This document shows, piece after piece, positions 1 through 11,357 of a stretch of DNA of 64,000 nt (its first letter is position 1; every line of letters begins with the position of its first letter). The position numbers and the translations under genes were made by a program. The notes under the pieces were generated by a model. It made no database searches and was not told the origin of the DNA. It was given only the letters and a program-made list of their open reading frames with translations. The stretch is from Callorhinchus milii (taxonomy: Eukaryota), in contig NW_024704743.1 in the NCBI RefSeq assembly GCF_018977255.1, forward strand, positions 60,762,001 to 60,826,000, given 5' to 3'.

Positions 1-272
1 GCGCCCACCCTTTGGAACTCCATCCCACAATCCTTTCGCCTTGTTCCCTCTCTTGCCTCCTTCAAGGCACGACTTGAGATCCTCCTTTTTGACCATGCCT
101 TTGGCCGCCATCCTAAGTTCCTTTAAGCTTTTAAACGTCCTTTTCCACCAATTATAGTTACACTACAGCTGGTGAAAGTTAAGTGCTGTGAAAAAAGTAT
201 CACCACAAGTTTAAGTACTCCAAAAGTTATCCTGCCCGCAGGGTACAATGTAAATGCAAATTGTTGTTGTTA
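1..272 (+). mobile_element. L2 LINE 3' fragment
   Basis: APTLWNS.P-type coding end followed by a degenerate tail ending (TTG)n. Confidence 0.65.
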
Positions 273-544
273 TACTGTATTACTGCAGATATGGCAACTA
301 TTATAAGGGAGGCAAATTATATGATATTAAATGTCTCCTTATTGGGTGTTTTCTGTTTGTCAGTATAGTTATTAGTCTTGGCAGATGTCTGTCTCCACTG
401 TGCACTTACAATAAAATATTTCCATAGTAAGATCAAGCCAACAAGGTCAGTCAACATGCCAAAAAGTGCAGAAAAATACGCACAGAAGAGCAAGCTCAGT
501 AAATTTACTGATAACTGAAAACTAGCCCTCATTTGTGACGGTTT

Positions 545-774
545 GGGGAAAAATGCGATCTGAGTCTACATTTACTCTAATTTCTAATCATTTCAGAGTG
601 ACTAAATTGCTGAATTCAGTCTTAATTTTGAAACTGGGGTTTTCTCGTAGTTTTTAAAAGAACTTGCAGGAGACCAATTCCAAAATTAAACCTCTATTTA
701 GGAATTTGTCAAATTCTGGACACTCCAAAATGATACATGAATAGAATAAATCTAGACCAGATAAAAATCTTCTC
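545..774. mobile_element. Palindromic MITE-like element, degenerate copy
   Basis: Shares gtctacatttactct, attcagtcttaa and aatttgtcaaattctgga with the copy at 3151-3390. Confidence 0.75.
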
Positions 775-874
775 AGGTTAATACTAATTAAATTCTTAGC
801 TGATATGAACTTACTTTTTATGGAATTACGTTAGGTATTTGTATAGAGGACATTATTGAGAATATAGAGAAGAC

Positions 875-1333
875 TCCCCCTCTTCTTTTCCATATTTATA
901 TACTCCCACTGGGCGATGTCATCCACAAACACAGGGTAAACTTCCACATGTATACGGATGACACACAAATCTACTGTTCAAATCCATTCACTCCCTGGCA
1001 CCTCCCTACCTCTCCGACCTCCTCACTCCGCAATCCACTACCCGGCGCCTCCGTTTGACTGGCACCGGCCTCCTGCTCATTCCCGCACCCTCCACTCCAT
1101 CATCGGAGGTCGTGCTTTCAGCCACTATGCCGCAAAGCTCTGGAACACTCTCCCTCAATCCCTCCGCCTTGCCCCCTCTCTCCCCTCTTTCAAGTCCCGC
1201 CTGAAAACTTTTCTCTTCGACTGTGGTTACGGCCACCTCCTCACTCCCCCCGGCTCAGAGTCAGGCTCCGCCACTGTTAAGCACTCTGAGACGCTACGCT
1301 GTGTGGAGGGCACTATATGTGCAAGTTGTTGTT
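875..1333 (+). mobile_element. L2 LINE fragment with internal deletion
   Basis: RT core [11 protein letters not shown] joined directly to the C-terminal GGRAFSHYAAKLWNTLP...FKSRLKTFLF and a (TTG)n tail. Confidence 0.85.
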
Positions 1334-1334
1334 A

Positions 1335-2645
1335 TAGAATCATAGAATTATACAACATAGAAGGAGGCCATTCGGCCCATTGTAACTGTGCCAGCTCTTT
1401 GAAAAGAGCTATCCAAATCAATCCCACTCCCCTGCTCTTTCTCCATAGCCCTGGAAACATATCTTCCCCAAATAATTATTTACTTCTCTCTTAAAAGTTG
1501 TCATTGAATCGGCTTCTAGCACCCTTTCAGGCAATGCATTCCAGATCCGAATAACTCGCTGTGTGAAAAAATTTCTCCTCACCTTCCCGCTGTTCCTTTT
1601 AGCAACTATTTTAAATCGGTGTCCTCGGGCTACTGACCCACCCGTGGAAATAGTTTCTCCTTGTTCATCCTATCGAATCCCCTCATAATTTTGAAAACTT
1701 CTATTAAGTCTCCTCTTATCCTTCTCTGCTCCAAGGAGAATAATTCTAGCTTCTCTAGCCTCTCCCTCATTCCTGGTACCATCCTGATAAATCTCTTTTG
1801 CACCCTTGACCCCTTCCTTAAGTGTGGTGCCCAGAACTGAACACAGTACTCTAGTTGAGACCTAACCAGTGATTTATAAAAGTTCATCATAACTTCCTGA
1901 CTTTTGTATTCTATGCCCCTATTTATAAAGCCTAATATCTCATATGCTTTTTTAACAGCTTTATCTACCTGTCCTGCCACCTTCACAGATTTACTTAAAT
2001 GAACCCCCCCACGTCTCTCTCTTCCTTCACCCCCTTTAAGATTGTACCATCAGCTCATATTACCTCGCCTCATTTTTCTTCCAAAGTGCATCACTTCACA
2101 TTTCTCCACATTAATCGGCCACTTGTCTGCCCATTTTACCAGTCTGTCTATGTCCATTTGCAGTGTGCAACTATCCTCCTCACTGTTTACTATTTTTCCT
2201 AGCTTAGTATCATCTGCAAACTTGGAAATTGTACTCCCTATACCCACGTCCAGGTCATTTATATAGATCAAAAACATTAGTGATCCCAATACTGACCCCT
2301 GGGGGACACCACTCCACACTTCCCTCCAGTCAGAAAAACAACCGTTCGCCATCACTCTCTGCTTTCTGTCTCCCGGCCAGTTCTGTATCCGTGTTGCCAC
2401 AGTCCCTATAACACCATGGGCTTTTGCTTACAAGTCTCTTATGTGGCACTTTATCAAACGCCTTTCGAAAATCCATATAAACTACATCAACTGCACTACC
2501 TTCATCCACTCTCTCCTTTACTTCATCAAAAAACTCTTATCGGGTTTGTTAGACATGATTTGCCTTTAACAAATATGTGTTGGCTATCCTTTATTAACTC
2601 ATATTTTTCTAAGTGAAAATTTATTTTGTCCCAGGTTATAGTCTC
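1335..2645 (-). mobile_element. CR1 LINE, 5'-truncated and decayed
   Basis: GVPQGSVLG, KFADDTKL, LEYCVQFWAP and RGDLIEVFK motifs in minus-strand ORFs; (ATTCTATG)-type 3' tail at 1335. Confidence 0.95.
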
Positions 2646-3150
2646 TATTTATTTTGTCACGGATTATAGTCTTGTTGTTGTTATTGGTTCAGTCTAGACC
2701 TGCATGCTCTTAATAGACCTCCATTAAATATTATTACATGGGAAATTAAATATATACACATTTATTAAGATGTATTACATCAGTGGTGTAGGAAACCAAA
2801 CAACAAAGAGTTATAGCGTTAACAAAGAGAATAGGAAGTGCAGGAAACCACTTTTAGTAAACAGAAATGTTTCATGTGAACCAGACTACCATCACAAGTG
2901 GTGAAATAAATAACTATACAAGGGTTTTAAAAGGAACAGGACATGTTTGTGGAAATGAATGGATTTGGAGATCCATAATTAGATGTGAGATAGATGTTTG
3001 AAGGAATCGTTAGAAATGTGGATGAAAGGTCTACTCTTGCCTGATACCTTTACAGTTACTATTGGATAGGATAGATTTTGAGAAATAGTATTGAGTGAAA
3101 AATCAAAGCAGCAATAAAGAGATAAAAAAAAATTTAAGACGAAATAATGA

Positions 3151-3390
3151 GGGAGAAATTCTACCTGGGTCTACATTTACTCTATTCATGTAATACTTCA
3201 GAGCATCCGGACCTTGCCTAATTGTTATATTCAGTCTTAACTTTGAAGGTAATTTCCTGAAGTGCTTAAAATGAATTTAGAGAAAACTGGCTTCAAATCT
3301 AAGGCTGTGTTTGAGAATTTGTCAAATTCTGGAGCCTCTAAAATGTTATATAAGTAAGAGTAAATCTAGACTCATGTGGAATTTCTCCCC
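3151..3390. mobile_element. Palindromic MITE-like element (~240 bp) with ~33-bp imperfect terminal inverted repeats
   Basis: Left end gggagaaattctacctgggtctacatttactct versus reverse complement of right end gggagaaattccacatgagtctagatttactct; the interior is also loosely self-complementary; several copies in the window. Confidence 0.8.
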
Positions 3391-3540
3391 AATCTTTTTT
3401 ATTAAATAAAAAAAAGTTACAGAGCGATGTAATATCTTGCGTAAGGTCAGTAGATTTTGTGAGAACTAGAGGAAAACTCAAATATGCTATTAACAATGAT
3501 GTATATGGGTTATACCTCAGTTTAATTACACAATCGACAC

Positions 3541-3637
3541 TGACATCATGAATTTTTCCACTTAACGTGTGGGTTGTTGCTCGCTGTGTGGCTGGAATGC
3601 ATGCGTGCTGGAGGGCGGGGGGACACCCTGTATAAAT
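3541..3637 (+). promoter_or_regulatory. TFPI2 core promoter: CRE/AP-1-like TGACATCA (3541), GC box GGGCGGGG (3613), TATAAA (3631)
   Basis: GC box and TATA box in canonical order about 260 nt upstream of the start codon; motif matches only. Confidence 0.7.
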
Positions 3638-3694
3638 GTTGTGAGTCTGTGGCTGAAGTTCAGTGAGTGAGTGACAGGGGAAAGGCATCTGGTG

Positions 3695-3790
3695 CAACCA
3701 ACTGAGCTGACATCCAACCGACTGAGCTGACATCCAACCCACTGAGCTCACACCCAACCGACTGAGCTGATACCCAACCCACTGAGCTGA
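3695..3790 (+). repeat. 20-bp minisatellite (ACTGAGCTGACATCCAACCN, about 5 units) in the predicted TFPI2 5' UTR
   Basis: Units start at 3701, 3721, 3741, 3761 and 3781 (last one partial), with few substitutions. Confidence 0.95.
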
Positions 3791-3891
3791 CTGACATCCC
3801 AGCAGCCACACACTTAAAGAGCGAAGACACGACAGACAGAAGAGTCCGAGTAACTCACCCCTTAGTTTGACAAAGCCTTTCAGAGAGAGTC

Positions 3892-3961
3892 ATGGCTTTC
3901 AACTTGTTCACAGCGATCTGCAGCATCTGGATCCTGTCTGCTCCCTGCAGCCTGGCGAAAG
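3892..3961 (+). CDS. TFPI2: TFPI2 coding exon 1, signal peptide MAFNLFTAICSIWILSAPCSLAK
   Basis: ATG in strong Kozak context (gtcATGG); hydrophobic leader; AAG|gtaata donor in phase 1, matching the phase-1 acceptor of the first Kunitz exon; no ATG between the TATA box and this start. Not in the ORF track. Confidence 0.85.
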
Positions 3962-4595
3962 GTAATACAATACTCCGGCTCCAAACACTAGTTCCAGACT
4001 GTGATTGTTTTGCTTGAGCAGCTGCAAAAGTTGAGATCGAGCTTTCTTTTATTTGTTTCAACAAAAATCTTGCAGGAATACTGATAAAAAAAACAAGTTC
4101 ACCTTCTCCTGAAACTTTACTGTTACCCTTGAACGGTAGGATCCTAAATGAGAAGAGCTCTTTGTGCTGTATATATATGTGTGTGTGTGTGTGTGTGTAT
4201 GAATGATACGAAGTGGCTTACTTGTAGATGGAAGGGCCCTTGTACTCTCAGGGGAGGTCACAGCAGAGTTTGTCCAGCATTAAGGCTAAGATCAAGTGTA
4301 GTCTCTGTTCTTATACAGTTACTTCTGGGGTTAGTATTGTTGGGGAAGCTCATCTCCAGTTGAGATTTCTGAACCAATCTCACCTATAACTGGCAAATTT
4401 ATGGGAAAGATTGAGCTCCCAGCTGCAGTTATGCTTTCAGCCCCTATGTTGGTTGGGATCTGTATTGCAGTATTTTTTTCCGATCCAAGAAGTTTGATCT
4501 GCTCTCACAGAGAGGAAGCAGAGAATACTTGAACTCGGAGCTACCTGGAGCACTTGGTCGCCAGGCTCTGGCCAGGCTTGCCCAGCTGGAGAGAT

Positions 4596-4996
4596 GGTCC
4601 TGTAGCTCAGTGGTTAGAGCACTTGCTTTGCAAGTGAGAGACCTGAGTTCAATTCCTTGGGCAAGTTTCCTTACTCCACACACCTAATAATAATCCCTCC
4701 AAAAAAATACAACAATATAAATTGGTCATTTTCAAACCACGACTGTTTGTGGGACACTGCTGTGTGCAATTGGCTGCCGCGTTCGCCCACAAATATACAG
4801 TCAATTCACTTTACAGTATATTCTGTGAAGCGCTTTGGGACGTCTAGAAGATGTGAAAAGCGCTATATCAAATGCAAGGATTATTATTATTATTACAGTC
4901 AATTCACTTTACAGTATATTCTGTGAAGCGCTTTGGGACGTCTAGAAGATGTGAAAAGTGCTATATCAAATGCAAGGATTATTATTATTATTATTA
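4596..4996 (+). mobile_element. tRNA(Ala)-derived Deu-domain SINE, short subfamily, with duplicated 3' end
   Basis: A box tagctcagtgg, ttTGCaa anticodon-like loop, B box gttcaattcc, Deu-type core tgtttgtgggac...attggctgccgcg, (ATT)n tail. Confidence 0.9.
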
Positions 4997-6239
4997 TGGT
5001 CTGGTCACCTGACTTGCACGGGTGGTCGTGAAGACATGGTTCAGATCTGCATTGTCCTTTGATGATTTGGGGCCTAAAAGTGTTTGGGGGATTAGGGTTT
5101 GTCTGTGGGGACATAACCCTCGTTCCCAAAGTGGAACATTTTGGTGTATTTCGGCTTAATGGAGGGTGAGCAAGTCTAACCTCGCTCGCCGGTTTAATAA
5201 AACAAGAAATGCAAATATTTAGTTCCAAGGCTGAACACTGCACAAACGTAATAAACGTGCCTTTGTGTTTATTAATTCATTTTTATTTATATACTATATT
5301 TATTCAAAACGAGAAGGGAGTTTCTTCCCATGTCCTGGCCAACAATCCTCCAGAGAGAAAAAAAACTTTCTTTATAGGTCATTGCTGTGCACATATTGGC
5401 AGCAGCCTTCACCTACAAATACACTATGCTTCACTCTTTGAAGTACTTTGAGACATTTCAACATATACGGAGGTATATCATATACAAAAATTATAAAATA
5501 TATTTATTTCAAAACGTTTGTTATGATTCTAGAGTAGCAATTCTTACAGAGTTGGTAAATTCACCACCTCTGATGAGTGAGAGCATGCATCTATATTCTC
5601 TGCTGGTCAGTAACTTACAAGTACAATACAAAATTACATTGGGTTACTGCCTTTCACATCGGGAGGACGTCTCAAGGCGCTGACCTTGGGCAGTGTAAGT
5701 TTATAATGCAAACATCCTGCCAAGGCCAGTACATCAGCCTTTGATTGTCCTTCCAAAGAGTAAGGTTGAGAATGCAAATAGTTTCTCAGTGTTTTGTGGC
5801 GTTCTTCTGATGTGATAAGCGCTATATAAATGTAATTTTACTGTTGTTGTTTCAGACTAATGGTCTCTCTGATTCAAGACAAAAGAACCTTAACTGACAA
5901 TTCTCCAAATAAAAGTGGTCATTCACATCATAGCTGTTTGTGGGACATTGTTCTGCACAAACTGCTGCATTTGTCTACACAATGCACACTCATTACAGTT
6001 TACAGTATGCTAGAATTTCCATATATCTCATTTTAGAAGTCGGTTACTCTATAACTCCAGGCATTGTAGTACTCGGAGCACACTCTTGTTTTATTAGACA
6101 TAAATCAGAAGGAAGAGTGGCACACTCTGTTCTTTACTTGTTGGTCTGCAAAGTTGCGGCTCATTTACAGCAAATAATAATCCTTGCATTTGATATTTAA
6201 TATAGTATCTCCAATGCAGCATTGAGGGTGGGAGGGGTG

Positions 6240-7020
6240 GGGAGGGAGAATTGTTGCATTGTTGGAGGTCATTTAAACTGAGATCCACCTGCCTATTCAG
6301 GTGGAAATTAAAGATCCCAGGGCACAATTTGAAAAGTGGGGAGTTTTTCCCGGTGTCCTGGATAACAATCTCCAAAATAAAATTGGTCACTCATTTTATT
6401 GCTGTTGTGGGACAATGCTGTGTGCAATTGTGCTGCCATAGTCGCCTACAAATACACAATCACTCCCATTTCACAGTAATTCCTGTGAAGCACTTTGAGA
6501 CGTCCTTTTGACATAAAAACAACAACAACAACAAGATTACATTTGTATAGCGCCTTTCACGTCGGGAGGACGTCCCAAGGCGCTGGACAAAATGGCGCTA
6601 TACCAAATGCAAGGATAATTATTATTATTATCTATAATATTGAAACATCTCAAAGAGTTCATAGGTCATTGCTGTAAAGTGTGGTGACTTTGTACTTGTA
6701 GGCAAATGAAACAGCCAACATGTGTTCAGCAATGTCCGAGAAACAGCCATGAAATGAATGATTAATTTATCCATTGACCATAATGCTGGGTGAAATTCCC
6801 TTCTCTTTTGAAATATTGCCATAGGATCTTTAACATCCATGTGAAAATGCAGATGGTACCTTGGGAACATTTCATCCAAAAGTTGGGACCTCTGACAATG
6901 CAGTGCTCCTCTAACACAGCGCGGGAGTGACAGTCTGAATAATGAGTCTCAAGTCTCAATGTTGGGTTAGAATCCACAACCTTCTGACTCAGATGGGACT
7001 AGTTGAGGCCAAGCTGTCAA
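6240..7020. mobile_element. Two old SacSINE1/AmnSINE1-like Deu-SINEs in opposite orientation, with L2/SINE tail fragments between them
   Basis: ttaaagatccca(t)ggcac and Deu core on + (6240-6510), and the reverse complement with a tRNA-like head on - (6640-7020). Confidence 0.7.
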
Positions 7021-7683
7021 GCGTACGCAACATGATCCTGTTTACTCTTAATATAGTTAAAAGTTTAAAACTTTCCATTGCTTAACCTGCAGCTTGTGCA
7101 AGGCTACATGTGTGTTCCTTGTTTGGCTTATTTAAATCGTTGAATCAATTCTCCAAGCATATTTTGCAAATGGAAAAGTCAGTGAATCCTTCAGGCTATT
7201 TGGTATCTCCTGCCAACACACAAACTGAAGTTGGGCAGAACTGACTGTAACCCTTGTGAGATCTCATTCAGTTCAGAATAGATTTACTGTAGGACTCTTG
7301 TGCTGTTAGTATGCTGGAAATTTCATGCTGTGTTCATGCTTTTAGTGGTGTAACCATGGTACATAATTCTCAGTATAGAACTGCCAAATACAAAGAAATG
7401 TCAGGAAATCGCCTGCTGAGCTATGTCTCCAGTTTCAGGGTGTTCACAGTTCTCAGGATTTTTTACCCTGCATTATGTAGTGGCTGTTTCCGATAGATTG
7501 TTCTTTTTAGTTATCAAGCAGTACAAGTTTTTTGCGTAATATTGTGTGAATAGAAACATACCCCATAGCCAAACATTACCTTAAAATATTATTGAGCATT
7601 TTTATATGATCATTGATCAAGACCCATTAAGACCATTCTTTTTGGTATACAAATATCGTTACCATTTCAGTGTCCATTTTAGA

Positions 7684-8040
7684 TGTCGTCTGACTCAGTT
7701 GGTAACATTCCACCTCTGAGACAAAGGTTATGGGTTCAAGTCCTTCAGGACTTGAGACTTGTAGGGTAGGCTGATACTCCAACACAGTGCTGGAGGAGTA
7801 TTGCTTTGGCAGAGGTGCCAATCAGTTGAGAAGCCCAACTACCCGTTCAGATGAATGTTAAAGATTCCATGACACTATTCACGTAGAGAAGAGTGGACAT
7901 CCTTTCAGGTTTGTGGGACATAGCTGTGTACAAATTAGCTGCACTCACATACCAATACACAGTCACTCCACTTTACAGAAAAACTCTATGATGTGTTTGA
8001 GAAGTTTCAAAGTATTCAGGCTCTGTATTATTATTATTAA
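7684..8040 (+). mobile_element. Old SacSINE1-like Deu-SINE
   Basis: tRNA-like head ctcagttggta...gggttcaagtcc, then ttaaagattccatgacact, Deu core and (ATT)n tail. Confidence 0.75.
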
Positions 8041-8537
8041 AAAGTAATTTCCCATCTGCTTTAACTTCATCTACAGAGTAGATTTGAACAGGTGCTCTTA
8101 AGAGTATTTAGTGATCACCTTATTCATTTTAATAGTATCTCTTATCTGTGTTGCAAGTCTTCCTTTTCTATTGTTAACTTTTGACAACACAAAACCTAGA
8201 TGTTTGTGTTTGATTTACAAATTGAATTTGTTCCACTCGTTACAAATTTGTGACTTCTGACTGGCAAATTCCATAAAAAGACCAGCGAGCAAAACAACAT
8301 AAACAGGGAGGCACCAACCGGAAATTGTGATTAACCCAACAAATCCGTCCTTTCAATAGATCTTTCTATTTTTTACAATTTATTTTTAAATTGTATGTGA
8401 TGTTTCCCACCACAAAGTGTGTTAATTGACCAGTACATTTTTTGTCTGTTATTATTTCTGTAAAATTCACCATCCTTTGTTTATACCAGTCATCTTTCTA
8501 TACCAGCTTAACAGAAAATGCACCTTTATCTTTCCAG

Positions 8538-8717
8538 ATAACCGAGAAATCTGCTTGCAGTTACCAGATCGAGGACCCTGCAGAGCCATGCTAACTCAAT
8601 ATTTCTACAACCGATATACTCAGAAATGTGAGGAATTTGAATATGGCGGTTGCATGGGCAATGATAATTTGTTTGAAACAATGAGCCATTGCAATTCGGC
8701 ATGCCTAAGAATTAAAG
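8538..8717 (+). CDS. TFPI2: TFPI2 coding exon 2, Kunitz domain 1 (P1 Arg)
   Basis: tttccag| acceptor and |gtaagt donor, 180 nt, phase 1-1. DNREICLQLPDRGPCRAMLTQYFYNRYTQKCEEFEYGGCMGNDNLFETMSHCNSACLRIK has six Kunitz Cys and the GPCRA...RYTQ motifs of TFPI2 KD1. Confidence 0.96.
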
Positions 8718-8954
8718 GTAAGTTTCTGTTCAAGCATTCTTTTTTTCCTGTGTGAGTAATACTAACAGCACATGTTACACTGCGCCTAAAATCATGACAG
8801 GATGGATGAGGTCACGAATAATTTAAAAAGCTTTAAATAAAATGTAAAACAAAAAGACTCTATTGAAAGGAATTTCTTGCTACCCAGAATACAGAGAGTG
8901 TTAATCAAAGTTACAAATGACATTCTGTCCATCTGTGACCTGTCTGTGACATCT

Positions 8955-9360
<406 letters not shown>

Positions 9361-9745
9361 TATCTCTGTCTCTCCCGGTCCTTCTTGATCTCTCTGCCAA
9401 CTTCGACAAAAAGAACCTCTGCGTCTTGTTCGACCTTCACCTGGCTTTTAATCCCCACATCCATGTCTGCTTGGTGGGCACTGGCCTGCTCCATATTCCC
9501 CTCCCTGCCCACTCTTACTTTTGGGTAAATTTCCTGCTGCTGGAGCTAGATCGCTTTGTGTTACAACGGAAAACGCTCTTTGACCGTGGTCATCCTCCCA
9601 CCTCCACACCCTTGACTTCCACCCCTCTTGACTCCAACCCTTAGCTCAGGTACAAACCTTTCACTGTCCAGTGCCTTGGGGTGCCCTCCTGATGTGAAAG
9701 GTGCCATATTAATGCAATTAATTGTGTTGTTATTGTTATTGATGC
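9361..9745 (+). mobile_element. Collapsed L2 LINE fragments
   Basis: LLDLSAxFD, NLxVLFD and GLLHIP pieces, then an L2 3' stem-loop and (TTG)-like tail. Confidence 0.75.
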
Positions 9746-10112
9746 TGCTGCTTATTGAAAGAGATTTATATAAAGTTTGTTTAGACTACAAAATGAGCTG
9801 TGCAGCCAACGCTTGTGTGGTACATATTAGGAGTTGGAAAGGCAAAGCAGAAGTTTGTATCCACCTTTGAGCTAGGAGGAATGTCATTCATGCTCAACAT
9901 TTCAATTATGCCCAGTTTTTTTGATTTGCTTTGTTTTAGTGTGATTTTTTTGAATTGTTATTGACTTCATGGGAACCATTTTTTGAATAATAAATATGAA
10001 AATATATATTTTTCATGCCTTACCTTGTAAATCTAATTCTTACTTGAACAATTGAGCAATACGTGAACAATTAATGGAGCTGCTGTGTTTAATGCAATAT
10101 TTTAAATTGCAG

Positions 10113-10292
10113 TGGTTCCCAAAGTCTGCAGATTGATGGCAGCCACAGGACCGGGTCGTGCTCTCTTCACCAGATATCACTACAACTTAACATCGGACAG
10201 ATGTGAGGAGTTTACTTATGGTGGGCTTTTTGGAAATGGCAACATATTCAGAGACAAGGCTTCTTGCCAGCGCCGTTGTAAGCCTGTGAATC
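10113..10292 (+). CDS. TFPI2: TFPI2 coding exon 3, Kunitz domain 2 (only four Cys)
   Basis: ttgcag| acceptor and |gtaagt donor, 180 nt, phase 1-1. VVPKVCRLMAATGPGRALFTRYHYNLTSDRCEEFTYGGLFGNGNIFRDKASCQRRCKPVN; VPKVCRL and the NLx(S/T) sequon match TFPI2 KD2. Confidence 0.95.
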
Positions 10293-10402
10293 GTAAGTAC
10301 TATTTTTATCTTTGCTGTCTTAATTTTAAACCCTTTTGAGCAGGGTCTGCTTGCTACCTGCAGAGAGTTAGATGGTTACCAATGTATGAATTTTTTTTAC
10401 AG

Positions 10403-10576
10403 CTATGCCATCATTCTGCGCCACGGCATCGGACAGAGGACGTTGTTCAGCAGATGTCCTACGGTATTACTTCAATGTAAAGACCCACACTTGTGAGACG
10501 TTTAGCTACTCTGGCTGTGGTGGTAATGACAATAACTTCACATCTGCTAAAGTTTGCCGACAGGTTTGTCAAAAAC
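10403..10576 (+). CDS. TFPI2: TFPI2 coding exon 4, Kunitz domain 3 (P1 Ser)
   Basis: ttttttttacag| acceptor and |gtgagt donor, 174 nt, after a 110-nt intron. PMPSFCATASDRGRCSADVLRYYFNVKTHTCETFSYSGCGGNDNNFTSAKVCRQVCQK; PSFC, CSA, RYYFN and GCGGNDNNF match TFPI2 KD3. Confidence 0.96.
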
Positions 10577-10919
10577 GTGAGTACTGAAGTCTGTAATAAA
10601 GCTTTGAAGATGTTGCGTCTCTTTGTCAGGAAACTGCCTTATGATATACTGGCTGCAGAATTTATCAGTCATCTCACACAATTTATTTCAAAGTGACCAT
10701 GTCACATGTACTCAGTGAAACACTCACTTGGATTTTCTGTGCAGGGCTAGCTTTGATGCGTGATATGGATTCTTTAGTAAAACAATATGCGATCCATGCC
10801 ATAAACTGATTTAAAAAATCTTTCTTTAACCAAGCAGAAACTATAGAATAACTAAAGGCTATGGATTTGTTGGTGCGTTAATGGGAGATGAGGAATTGTC
10901 ACCTTTCAGCATAAATGTT

Positions 10920-11255
10920 TAATAGTCCTTGCAATTGATATAACACCTTATAATATTGTCCCAAAGCGCTTCCCAGTATTTTAGTGACTGTGAATTTGTA
11001 GGCGAACATGGCAACCAATGTGCGTACAGCAATGTCCTACCAACATTTATGAAATGGGTGACCATTTTCATTCGGGGTTTTGTTGACCAGGACACCAGAA
11101 GAAATTTCCTTCTCTTTTCAATTAGAACCGTGGGATCTTTAACGTCCACCTGCACAGGCAAACGGGATTTCGGTTTAACATTTCATCCAAACGATGACAC
11201 GTTCAACAATACAGCAAACCCTGATCACTGAAGTGGGAGTGCCAGCCTGGACTGC
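10920..11255 (-). mobile_element. Old Deu-SINE in TFPI2 intron 4
   Basis: Reverse complement of gacgttaaagatcccacgg, Deu core and SINE tail. Confidence 0.75.
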
Positions 11256-11357
11256 GATTACAATATGATATTGGGAATTTGGGATGTGTTAGTTAAATGA
11301 TACTTATATAATAACCAGTAATAGATTCACTTTTTATTTATAATTGTTTTTTGACAG

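Noticed and set aside
317..532. 71-aa hydrophobic minus-strand ORF, considered as an upstream neighbour exon (e.g. GNGT1/GNG11)
   Set aside because: No similarity to G-protein gamma subunits or any family I recognise.
3695..3790. CRISPR-like repeat array
   Set aside because: Units are contiguous with no unique spacers, there are no cas genes, and the context is eukaryotic.
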